Shown here: positions 19,048-26,384 of the stretch, piece by piece
Position numbering within the stretch: position 1 is the first letter of the stretch
How the letters are laid out: each line of letters opens with the position of its first letter
Source: a virus
Taxonomy: Duplodnaviria; Caudoviricetes
Length of the DNA stretch: 36,052 nucleotides
IMG/VR virus record: IMGVR_UViG_3300027874_000023
Coordinates: 1-36,052 of that record
Direction: 5' to 3' (one strand)
The notes under the pieces: model-generated
Told to the model about the DNA's origin: nothing
Database searches by the model: none
What the model saw: only the letters and a program-made list of their open reading frames with translations
Made by a program: the position numbers and the translations under genes

Positions 19048-19275
19048 CTAGACGTCCAGGTACTGTCTGGGGACGAGGCGCCCGTCGCTGGTGATCCTGC
19101 CTTGACGCCTCAGCTGTTCGACAGTGGCCTTGACGTCCTCGGCTCGCCAGAGACGGCCGCGGGCGAGGTTGGCGATCGGGTCGGGGAAGTCCCCCGACTC
19201 CATCAGCCTCCAGACCTGGACGCGGGTGAGACCGTAGGCTTGCCTGATCTCGCCCGTGCCCATCAGTTCGGTCAT
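19048..19275 (-). CDS. AlpA/excisionase-like HTH DNA-binding protein
   Basis: LMGTGEI...GLTRVQVWRL...DFPDPIANLARGRLWRAEDV. Confidence 0.75.
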   Translation of the reverse strand: MTELMGTGEIRQAYGLTRVQVWRLMESGDFPDPIANLARGRLWRAEDVKATVEQLRRQGRITSDGRLVPRQYLDV

Positions 19276-19333
19276 GGGATCTCCTTTCGGGTGACTGACG
19301 GCGATGACAGGACGTCACCGCCGGGTACGCATG

Positions 19334-19864
19334 TTACCGGGGGATCCGGTATTCGAACATGGCACCTCGCTCGCGCGAGTCACGCCGTTCGACCAGTCCC
19401 TCCTCGTGCATCTCGCGCAGCCGTGCCCCCACCGCCCGTTTCATGTAGCGGAAGTGAGGCTCATCGACCGCGTGTTCGCGTGCGATCCCGTTCGCGTTGT
19501 GCCAGGAGTGATCGGCCAGTACCTTCTCCAGCCATTCGATCTGCTCCGGCCGCGGCGAACGGGTGAACGGGCTGGAGCGCGAACGCTGCCCGTCGTCCCC
19601 GTTCGGTGGCGGTGGCAAGTGCCGCTTTCTCTCGGCTGGCGGCATTGTCCGGGCACCGCTCTCGGCGATCACGCGGTTCACCGCCACCGCCACCTCGGAG
19701 TCGATCCGGTCCAGGATCACGCCGACGGTGTCGGAGATGTCCGAGAGCATCTCGCGCAGCCCGCGCATGTCGCTCTCCAGCCGCTTGACCAGGTCAACCG
19801 TCTCGTCCGAGACCGAGATCTCGACCTCGGCGTCCGCCTGGGGTCTGTGCTTGCTCCGGAACAT
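19334..19864 (-). CDS. Coiled-coil plus C-terminal winged-helix protein
   Basis: AVGARLREMHEEGLVERR...FEYRI; motif and SD upstream. Confidence 0.65.
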   Translation of the reverse strand: MFRSKHRPQADAEVEISVSDETVDLVKRLESDMRGLREMLSDISDTVGVILDRIDSEVAVAVNRVIAESGARTMPPAERKRHLPPPPNGDDGQRSRSSPFTRSPRPEQIEWLEKVLADHSWHNANGIAREHAVDEPHFRYMKRAVGARLREMHEEGLVERRDSRERGAMFEYRIPR

Positions 19865-19908
19865 CGGAGCCTCCTTCGGGTTGACTGACGCGGCCGTAGC
19901 CGCGTCCC

Positions 19909-20085
19909 CTACGCGCCGACCGCGCGAAGCCAGTCGTTCGCCTTGCTGAGATCAGCGAACTCCGGCTCTCCGCCGCCCATGCAGGCGTCCACGATCCGGC
20001 GCATCGCGGCGCCGACCTCCCGCGCCTCCGCCTGGAGGGCCTGGACGGCCTCGCTCGTTCCGACATCGACCTTGACCTGGAGCAT
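19909..20085 (-). CDS. Hypothetical protein (58 aa, MLQVKVDV...)
   Basis: Motif plus SD AAAGGAGGAG then ATG 20085. Confidence 0.65.
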   Translation of the reverse strand: MLQVKVDVGTSEAVQALQAEAREVGAAMRRIVDACMGGGEPEFADLSKANDWLRAVGA

Positions 20086-20196
20086 CGGTGCTCCTCCTTT
20101 CGGGTTGACCGACGTCCCCGCGGCGCACACGAGCAGCGCGGCGGGGAGTCCTTCCGATCGGGATCCGATCAGAAGCGTTGTAAGCCCCTCTGCCGT

Positions 20197-20439
20197 TCAG
20201 GACTCGCGGCGCAGCCGGTTGACCGCGCGGAGCCTGGCGTCACGAGCCTGGGCTGTACGGCGAGCCAGGGACGCCAATTCGCGGCGGTGCCCGGACAGGT
20301 GTCTGACCCAGTCCTTCATCGGCACCGCCTCGGGGCAGCAGTGGCAGTAGTGCGGCGGTGCGGCGTCGAACGCCTTCGACGGGTCACGCTCGGCCTCCTT
20401 CAGCACCCAGCGCGCCGTGTCCAGGGACACGTCGAACAT
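20197..20439 (-). CDS. Small C2H2-like zinc-finger protein (80 aa)
   Basis: YCHCC...WVRHLSGH; motif and SD upstream. Confidence 0.6.
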   Translation of the reverse strand: MFDVSLDTARWVLKEAERDPSKAFDAAPPHYCHCCPEAVPMKDWVRHLSGHRRELASLARRTAQARDARLRAVNRLRRES

Positions 20440-20488
20440 CCCTTCCACCTCCTCGGGGTTGACTGACGCCCTTGCGGGCGCCTTGCTG

Positions 20489-20971
20489 CTAGGCCGTGGG
20501 AATCGCCAGCGCCTGCTCCAACAGGCGCCGCCAACCGTCGTAGTTCGCTTCCAGCCGTGCGCCGAAGCTGCGGATCCAGTCCTCCAGCTTCACCGGTTCG
20601 CCCGTCGCGCGTTCGCGGAGCATCTCCGGAGTGAGTGTGGACGAGCAGGCGGAGAACATCGAGAAAGTCTTGCGGCCTCGTTCGTCGTTCTCGTAGCCGT
20701 CGATCCAGAACTCAACGGTGAGCGGGTCGTCGTCGGTGATCGGCCCGCTCGGGCCGACGCCCTCGGTGCAGAGTGCGTACAGGCCCGAGGGCGTGTCCAC
20801 GATTGCCCACTGCCAGCCGACGCGGACGGCGGACGGCATCTCGACCTCCTGGCCCAGATCGCGGTTCGTCTGCGCGTGCGCGCGGAGGTACTCCAGCGCG
20901 TTCGCCTCCGCGTCCGAGAGATCGACCGGCGTCACCACGACGGTGGACGGGGTGCGGTTGTAGCGGCTCAT
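20489..20971 (-). CDS. Hypothetical protein (160 aa, MSRYNRTP...)
   Basis: Motif plus SD GAAAGGAGG then ATG 20971. Confidence 0.7.
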   Translation of the reverse strand: MSRYNRTPSTVVVTPVDLSDAEANALEYLRAHAQTNRDLGQEVEMPSAVRVGWQWAIVDTPSGLYALCTEGVGPSGPITDDDPLTVEFWIDGYENDERGRKTFSMFSACSSTLTPEMLRERATGEPVKLEDWIRSFGARLEANYDGWRRLLEQALAIPTA

Positions 20972-21060
20972 GTGAGCCTCCTTTCGGGGTTGACTGACGA
21001 CCCTCCCCATTCGCCCGGTTGCGCCGAAGCCGGGTAGAGGGGAGGGCCTGACGGGCGACG

Positions 21061-21147
21061 TCAGTCGCCCCAGTGGTCGAGTGCCCAGCCGATCAGGAAG
21101 GCGAGCGTGCCCGCGGCTGCGAAGCCGATCGTGTACCAGTCGGTCAT
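21061..21147 (-). CDS. Micro membrane peptide (28 aa, MTDWYTIGFAAAGTLAFLIGWALDHWGD)
   Basis: Not in the ORF track; has its own motif and SD GAGGAGG; single hydrophobic helix. Confidence 0.65.
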   Translation of the reverse strand: MTDWYTIGFAAAGTLAFLIGWALDHWGD

Positions 21148-21251
21148 GGTGACCTCCTCGGGTTGACTGACGCTCCGACTCGCCGCATCGAGCCGGAGCA
21201 TGGTCTCTCGCGCGGCGCCGAGGCGAAGCGCGCTGCGGGAGACTGACGCCC

Positions 21252-21491
21252 TTACGGGCGTTCACTGCTGAGACTGCGGAGGTACTCGATCCGATCCATG
21301 TAGGCCGTCGGGCGAGGCGCCGCGGCGGTCAGGAAGCGGTCCTGGTTGTAGTTCTCGTTCGTGGGCTTCAGCGCGTCGTTGAAGGCAAGCCGAAGGCCCG
21401 CGAAGTGCGACTGCTGCGGGTGGTCCATCGGCCAGCGTTCGGCCTCCTCGCGCAGCACGTCCGCGATCAGCTGGAAGTCCTTCCGGGTCAT
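21252..21491 (-). CDS. Small phage protein (79 aa, MTRKDFQLIA...)
   Basis: MTRKDFxLIA...N..RFL.A pattern I recognise from phage early proteins; motif and SD upstream. Confidence 0.75.
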   Translation of the reverse strand: MTRKDFQLIADVLREEAERWPMDHPQQSHFAGLRLAFNDALKPTNENYNQDRFLTAAAPRPTAYMDRIEYLRSLSSERP

Positions 21492-21526
21492 CTCTCGACC
21501 CTCCTCTCTGGGGTTGACTGACGCTG

Positions 21527-21721
21527 CTACCGCGTATGGCAGCAGCGCCCGTAGCGGCCCTCGCCGAAGACCGGGCGGTAGCCGACGGCTCCGGCGCGCA
21601 GCGCCTTCAGCGCGGCCGGGCCACAGCAGACGCGCTCGACGCGCCCGTCCGGCCACTCGATCTCCATCGGCTGCACGACCGCCTTCTTGGCGGGCACGAT
21701 GCCCATCCACGGCTCGCTCAT
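21527..21721 (-). CDS. Hypothetical Cys-containing protein (64 aa)
   Basis: Motif variant and SD AGGAGG upstream. Confidence 0.6.
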   Translation of the reverse strand: MSEPWMGIVPAKKAVVQPMEIEWPDGRVERVCCGPAALKALRAGAVGYRPVFGEGRYGRCCHTR

Positions 21722-21767
21722 GGTGACCTCCTGGGGTTGGCTGACGCCCTCCGAAGAGGGCCGCGTG

Positions 21768-22790
21768 CTAGGCCGAGACGAGTTCGCGGATCGTGCGCGT
21801 GAGCGTCGCCTTGGCGGGGTTGTTGCTGAGCAGCGTCCGCTTGACGTAGGACTCCTGCGAGCGGAAGTTGCGTAGGTGGTCGAAGTACTCGACCCCGGCC
21901 TGAAAGAGGCCGTAGCCGGTGAGGCGGTGATCCTCCGGGATCGTGGCGCCGAAGAAGAGTGCGTTCACCTTCGCGCGCTCCTCCTCGATGTTGTTCTTCA
22001 CCCGATCGGAGGTCGCGGGTGAGAGCGAGACGAGACCGCCTTTGTCGCCGATGATCTCGGAGACGAAGAGGTCGCGCTGGAACGGCGTGACCGGAACCTC
22101 GGCCAGCGCGTGCATCGCCTTCTCGTACACGCTCAGGGCCGCCCTGACGCCCTTGACGGCCGCCTTGGCGTCCTCGATCCGGTCGCGCACGTTCCGCGTG
22201 TGGCGGAAGGTGAAGTCCGTACCGAGCTTCTTGCCCTCGGCCTCCGAGGCGGAGACCGTGTTCGCGCACACCTGGCGGATCGTGCCGGAGCGGACGCGAA
22301 GCGCGCCCGAGCCGTCGTGCGCCCAGCTGAGACAGCCGAACGGCACGACCACTGAGGTATCGCCCGGGATCGTGATCGGCTCGTTCAGCGCCAGCGTGAG
22401 CGCGCAAAGCTTGCCGTCATCGAGCGTGATCCCGGTCTCGTACTGGAAGCCCTGGTCGAAGAGCAATTCCGCGATCTCGTAGGCGGTCGAGTTCTGAATC
22501 ACCTCGTAGGTCGCGTTGGGCACGTTCAGCAGCTGCAAGTTGTCGCTGCGGACGAGTCCCTTGAACGCTTCGGCCTTGCGGAACGAGCCGTTCGGCCCGT
22601 TCGTCGGCTGACCGGCCGCTGCGAGCAGCGTGTTCGGCAGCGCGACGTAGGTATCGACCTCGACCACGTCGAAGTCGTGCCCCGCGAGGCTCATTGCCTC
22701 TTCGCGGCTCGGGTAGTCGTCCAGGACGACGCCGAGACCGTGCCACGCAGGTTCGCGCACGAAGAAGCCTTGATCGAAGAGAGCAGGCAT
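21768..22790 (-). CDS. DUF932/TIGR03299-like phage/plasmid protein
   Basis: REPAWHGLG; YEVIQN; WAHDGSGA...IRQVCANT; FRHT; TGYGLFQAGVEYFDH. Confidence 0.8.
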   Translation of the reverse strand: MPALFDQGFFVREPAWHGLGVVLDDYPSREEAMSLAGHDFDVVEVDTYVALPNTLLAAAGQPTNGPNGSFRKAEAFKGLVRSDNLQLLNVPNATYEVIQNSTAYEIAELLFDQGFQYETGITLDDGKLCALTLALNEPITIPGDTSVVVPFGCLSWAHDGSGALRVRSGTIRQVCANTVSASEAEGKKLGTDFTFRHTRNVRDRIEDAKAAVKGVRAALSVYEKAMHALAEVPVTPFQRDLFVSEIIGDKGGLVSLSPATSDRVKNNIEEERAKVNALFFGATIPEDHRLTGYGLFQAGVEYFDHLRNFRSQESYVKRTLLSNNPAKATLTRTIRELVSA

Positions 22791-22874
22791 GACCTGATCT
22801 CCTTTCTGCCCTGGGGTAGGGCGTAGGCCCGCTGACTGCGGGCGACTGACGCGCCCCCGAAGGGGCGCCTCCTG

Positions 22875-23384
22875 CTAGGCGGCCTGGGCCGCGATCTGCG
22901 CTTTGACCTCGGCCAGGGCGGTCTGGGTCTCGCGCAACATCTCCTCGATCCGCGCCAGCTTGGCGGTCAGGGAGACGATGTGGTCGAAGGTGAACGTGAC
23001 GGCCTCCTCGGCCTCCTCGTTCCCCGAGTCAGCCGCGACCTGCGTCAGGATCTCCTGCGCGCGGTCGAGCGTCATCGGCTCCTCGACCTTCTCGACGTCC
23101 ACCGAGACGTTGCAGATCGTCCAGGTGATCCCGGACGAGTCCTCGACCTCGGCGCCGTCGGAGACGACGCGCAAGGCCATGTACTCGGCGTCGGACTCGT
23201 CGTCGGCCTCGACCGTGAAGGTGACCTCTCCGCCCGACTCCTCGACCTCGGAGCCGTAGCCGCCGAAGCCCGAGCAGTCGTCAAAGTCCTCGACCTCGCT
23301 CGTGTCGAGCGCGTACTCGACGTCGCCGTCGAAGTTGATCTGCGTGGACACGTCGAAGGTGACGTGACAGTGAAACTTGGACAT
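22875..23384 (-). CDS. Highly acidic protein; first clear gene of the early operon
   Basis: About 40 D/E versus 8 K/R in 169 aa (hand count); split motif and SD AGGAGG upstream. Confidence 0.75.
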   Translation of the reverse strand: MSKFHCHVTFDVSTQINFDGDVEYALDTSEVEDFDDCSGFGGYGSEVEESGGEVTFTVEADDESDAEYMALRVVSDGAEVEDSSGITWTICNVSVDVEKVEEPMTLDRAQEILTQVAADSGNEEAEEAVTFTFDHIVSLTAKLARIEEMLRETQTALAEVKAQIAAQAA

Positions 23385-23749
23385 GATGCCTCCTGGGGTT
23401 ACCCCCGCTGACTGCGGGGGACTGACGACCCGGCACGCCCGAGGGCGTGAGTCAGTCCGGGTACGTCTTGGTGCGCGCTGCCTCGGCCCATCGGCCTTCG
23501 GCTTGGTGACGGGTGCGCTGATCCCGCCGTTTCGACCGCTCTTATCCCCTCTCCCAACTGCTCGTCCTGGCGGCGGTCCGCGGCCGCGCCGAAGCGCGAC
23601 CGGCCGGTGTCCCGGTGATCACAGTCATGCCAGACCTTGGGAGATCTCCTCATCCGTCACGCACCCTTGCCTTTCCCGACCTAGCTGCTAACCGGCCTCG
23701 GGGAGTGGCCCACGCTTCCGTATGTCGTCGTTCGTTCGTTGCATGACGA

Positions 23750-23778
23750 GTTGTACCGCCACCGAACGGACGTTGCAA
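23750..23778 (-). promoter_or_regulatory. Candidate sigma70-type promoter for the early operon
   Basis: TTGCAA - 17 nt - TACAAC on the minus strand; the -10 lacks the last conserved T. Confidence 0.45.
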
Positions 23779-23919
23779 GGGGGGACGAAACACACTTCCC
23801 GCAAATAGCGGCTTTTTCGTTGCGGCCTTCGCGTGGTTGAGCCAAATTCCCCATCGGATCCCGCTTCAGCTGCGGCGCTAGCTCGCGCACGCGAAGCGCG
23901 GATCGAGTAGACTCCGAAT

Positions 23920-24480
23920 GTGGCCGAGAGCAGGGATTTTCCCCCGTGGGAGGCGTTGCCTGACGGCCTGCCAATCGCCGCCGGGATCGACCTCTCCTCC
24001 CCCGACCCCGCCTACACGGGAGAGCCGGGGAAGCCGAGACGCTGCGTGGCGGCCCGCAAGTCCGGCGAGCGTTGCGCCGCCACCGCGGCGGCCAGCGCAC
24101 TCGTCTGCCCCATCCACGCGGGACGCGCCGACCCGGCAGCGGGAGGCAGGGCGAAGGCAGCACGGCGCAGACACGCACTCGAAGCCGCTGAGAACCGTGT
24201 AGCAGAGAGGGCGTTAGGCGTGCGCGCGGCGCTCGCTGCGCAGCTGGCCGAGCAGGAGACCGAGGTGCGCGCGATCGTTGCCGGTCTTGTAACCGCCGGA
24301 GCGGCCGGAGACCGCAAGGCTGCGGCCCTCCTCCTCCCCTACCTCGACCAGGCTCTTGGACGGCCTCAGGAGCGCGTTGAGCATACGATCCCCGAGACGC
24401 CCGAGGAGCTTGAATCCCTGTCTACGAGCCAACTTGAGGCCCTCGTGGCCCAGGGCCGAGCAGACCAAGCGGCCTCGTAG
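23920..24480 (+). CDS. Terminase small subunit-like protein
   Basis: RCVAARKSGERC...CPIHAG (HGGxSTG-like zinc knuckle); YLDQALGRPQERVE; -10-like TAGACT 6 nt before the GTG, suggesting a leaderless transcript. Confidence 0.55.
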   Translation: MAESRDFPPWEALPDGLPIAAGIDLSSPDPAYTGEPGKPRRCVAARKSGERCAATAAASALVCPIHAGRADPAAGGRAKAARRRHALEAAENRVAERALGVRAALAAQLAEQETEVRAIVAGLVTAGAAGDRKAAALLLPYLDQALGRPQERVEHTIPETPEELESLSTSQLEALVAQGRADQAAS

Positions 24481-24834
24481 CAGCTGCCACGATCGGCAGT
24501 CACGACTGCCCCTTCCACCCCTCCTCCGCACGCGCCCGGAGGGGTGCCGGGAGGCACCCCGTAGCGCGCGCCGCGCGCCCCGCGCGGTTCCAGCGAACCC
24601 AGCCCCGGCGCTCAGGGACTCCTCTCATTCGTGTGCAGCACGTGCTGACATGCTGTATGGTTGAGGGGTGACCGAGACCTCTCCCAGGACTGAACGTGCT
24701 GTACGTGTCACCATCCGCGTGACTCCCGAGGAGAGGGAGGCGTGGAAGGAGGCGGCCTGGCTGAGGAGGGTCAGTCTCTCGGAGTGGATGAGGCGCGTGC
24801 TGACCCACGTCGCCGATCAGACGAAGGAGGGCAC

Positions 24835-25248
24835 ATGAGCATGGATCCGTTCGCGGAGAAGCCTCCCGCCCCTCTGCCTGAAGAGGTCGAGGAGAAGGAG
24901 GCCGAGGTCGGGCCGGAACCTGCGGCGGTCGGCCCGGGGAGGAGTGAGGGGTTGGGTTCCTCTGCTCCTGACTCCGAGTCTACGCCCGAGGAGGACGACA
25001 CGAACCCGAATGTCCCCGGGGACTTCGATGCCGATCGCTATCAGCGCTGGTGCGTGACTCTCTACCCGAGTGCTTATGAGATGGGGAGGGAGGGGAGGCT
25101 CTACGACGGGGAAGGCGTTGATCCGAAGCGCACGGTCGCCTGGGCGCGAGGGGTCTGGGAACGACAGGCCGAAGCCGCCCCTCCACGGCAGCAGCCGAAG
25201 CTGACACCCACTGACCTCTCAAGGCTAGGGGTGAAAAAGGGTGCCTGA
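24835..25248 (+). CDS. Hypothetical protein (137 aa)
   Basis: SD AAGGAGG then ATG 24835. Confidence 0.65.
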   Translation: MSMDPFAEKPPAPLPEEVEEKEAEVGPEPAAVGPGRSEGLGSSAPDSESTPEEDDTNPNVPGDFDADRYQRWCVTLYPSAYEMGREGRLYDGEGVDPKRTVAWARGVWERQAEAAPPRQQPKLTPTDLSRLGVKKGA

Positions 25249-25408
25249 CGCAATCCGCCTCACCCTCTCCCAGGACCAGTTCGTCGCAGTTCAGGCTGCG
25301 ATCTCGGACACGATCGCCGAGTACGGGGAGTCGGAGAGTCCCTGGATCACGAGCCTCAAGGAGGCCCTGGGCAGGATGGTGGAGGCCTGGCAGGCGAGGG
25401 AGACGTGA
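25241..25408 (+). CDS. Hypothetical protein (55 aa, MPDAIRLTLS...)
   Basis: Fills the gap and overlaps both neighbours; phage-like codon bias. Confidence 0.55.
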   Translation: MPDAIRLTLSQDQFVAVQAAISDTIAEYGESESPWITSLKEALGRMVEAWQARET

Positions 25409-25611
25409 TCTGCCATCTCTGCAAGCGGGACAACATCCCCACCTACTCGCACGCCTACCGCCAGGTGACCGGCTACGTCCGGGACCGAAGTGGGGGAGGG
25501 GCGAACCAGGTCACGCTCCGCACCGAGACCGGCAGGCTCGCCTGCTCCGAGTGCGTCGATCGGCTCAAGCACGGGATCAGCCCGAACCAGGGGAATCTCT
25601 TCGATGGGTAA
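25405..25611 (+). CDS. Small zinc-finger protein
   Basis: CHLC...CSEC. Confidence 0.6.
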   Translation: MICHLCKRDNIPTYSHAYRQVTGYVRDRSGGGANQVTLRTETGRLACSECVDRLKHGISPNQGNLFDG

Positions 25612-25789
25612 CCGCAGGCGCACGAACCAGCAGGACGTCTCCAAGCGCGGCCGTCACAAGAAATCCCGCTCCGCCGAGATCCTCGCCTGGGAGGAGAGGG
25701 TTCGTTGCCCCGACGCCCCCTCCTGGATGGACTCGGAGACGCACGCGAAGCTGGAGAAGCTGAGGAGGGAGGTCGATCCGCTGCAATGA
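25604..25789 (+). CDS. Hypothetical protein (61 aa)
   Basis: Overlapping start/stop chain. Confidence 0.5.
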   Translation: MGNRRRTNQQDVSKRGRHKKSRSAEILAWEERVRCPDAPSWMDSETHAKLEKLRREVDPLQ

Positions 25790-26064
25790 GCGAAGCAGAA
25801 GAGGCGCTCCGCCGGGACGAGATCTCGCAGGCTCTCGCATACGCGGATGAGTACTTCGAACGCAGCATGGTCGGGAAGTCGATCCAGGGCGGCGACCACA
25901 TCCAGACTCTCGCCGCTGCGTATCGCGCCCAGGCCGAGCAGCTACGGGAACTGCGGGAGGCAGGCGAGGAACTGGCTGACGCTGCATGGAATCAGTCGAA
26001 GACTCTGCGTCCACACGTCTCGCGGTTCCGAGCCGCCCTCTCCCGCAGCGAGGCCGACGGGTGA
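25786..26064 (+). CDS. Hypothetical protein (92 aa)
   Basis: ATGA overlap with the upstream gene. Confidence 0.55.
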   Translation: MSEAEEALRRDEISQALAYADEYFERSMVGKSIQGGDHIQTLAAAYRAQAEQLRELREAGEELADAAWNQSKTLRPHVSRFRAALSRSEADG

Positions 26065-26384
26065 GAGACCTCCGCACCGAACAGGTGAAGGTCTCCCTCA
26101 CCCCTGGAGAACTGGCGCGCTGGCAGGCCGAGGCGAACGGGGAGGCTCTGGCCCCCTGGGTCAGGCGGACGATCAACTCGCTGCTCGATCCTCTGGACGA
26201 CACCAACCCGGAGATCGAGACCAGGGAGGAGAGGGCGGACAGGCTGCTGACGCAGGACTGGTCGGAGAAGTGGGACGACCTGCCAGAAGCCCCCGACCTG
26301 GTCGGTAAATGCCCCGACGAGGCTTTGCACTGGCAGCTTCCGCGCGGCCAGGCCTGCCCCGTCTGCGGCCTGACGGAGCGATGA
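26061..26384 (+). CDS. Ribbon-helix-helix-like protein with C-terminal zinc site
   Basis: RTEQVKVSLTPGELARW...LAPWVRRTI; C...H...CPVC. Confidence 0.55.
   Translation: MRDLRTEQVKVSLTPGELARWQAEANGEALAPWVRRTINSLLDPLDDTNPEIETREERADRLLTQDWSEKWDDLPEAPDLVGKCPDEALHWQLPRGQACPVCGLTER

Larger units (their letters stand above)
16037..23427 (-). repeat. Dispersed array of 16 hairpin + CGTCAGTCAACCC + SD intergenic elements
   Basis: + strand GGGTTGACTGACG or variants starting near 16037, 17130, 17858, 18143, 19031, 19289, 19878, 20102, 20455, 20986, 21160, 21237, 21510, 21733, 22840 and 23416; all in one orientation and nearly all abutting a GC hairpin. Confidence 0.95.

Noticed and set aside
19048-19275. 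Excisionase implying an integrated prophage
   Set aside because: No integrase, att site or host genes in the window; lifestyle cannot be determined
16041-21520. TTGACT in the motif as -35 boxes of + strand antisense promoters
   Set aside because: The position 16-18 nt downstream falls in GC hairpins with no -10-like hexamer in the copies checked
20489-21710. ORF-track N-terminal extensions running through motifs (starts at 21265, 21710, 20130)
   Set aside because: The extensions translate the motif and hairpin itself; SD-led internal ATGs at 20971, 21491 and 20085 are better starts
16048-22868. N4-type DNA hairpin promoters for a virion RNA polymerase
   Set aside because: Stem and loop sequences are not conserved, and I saw no recognisable RNA polymerase motif in the 2398-aa protein; not fully excluded without structure prediction
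16037-23427. CRISPR array or CRISPR-like mini-array
   Set aside because: The repeat is only about 13 nt, the spacing is irregular (about 75-1100 nt), the intervals are genes, and there is no cas operon; the PD-(D/E)XK gene sits in a normal recombination context
16037-23427. Integron attC cassette array
   Set aside because: No integron integrase in the window, no conserved RYYYAAC/GTTRRRY box pairs, and the loops and wobble pairs point to RNA folding
24768-24780. GTCAGTC in the gap after the TerS-like gene as another motif copy
   Set aside because: Only 7 nt match, with no abutting hairpin and no adjacent SD; compatible with chance
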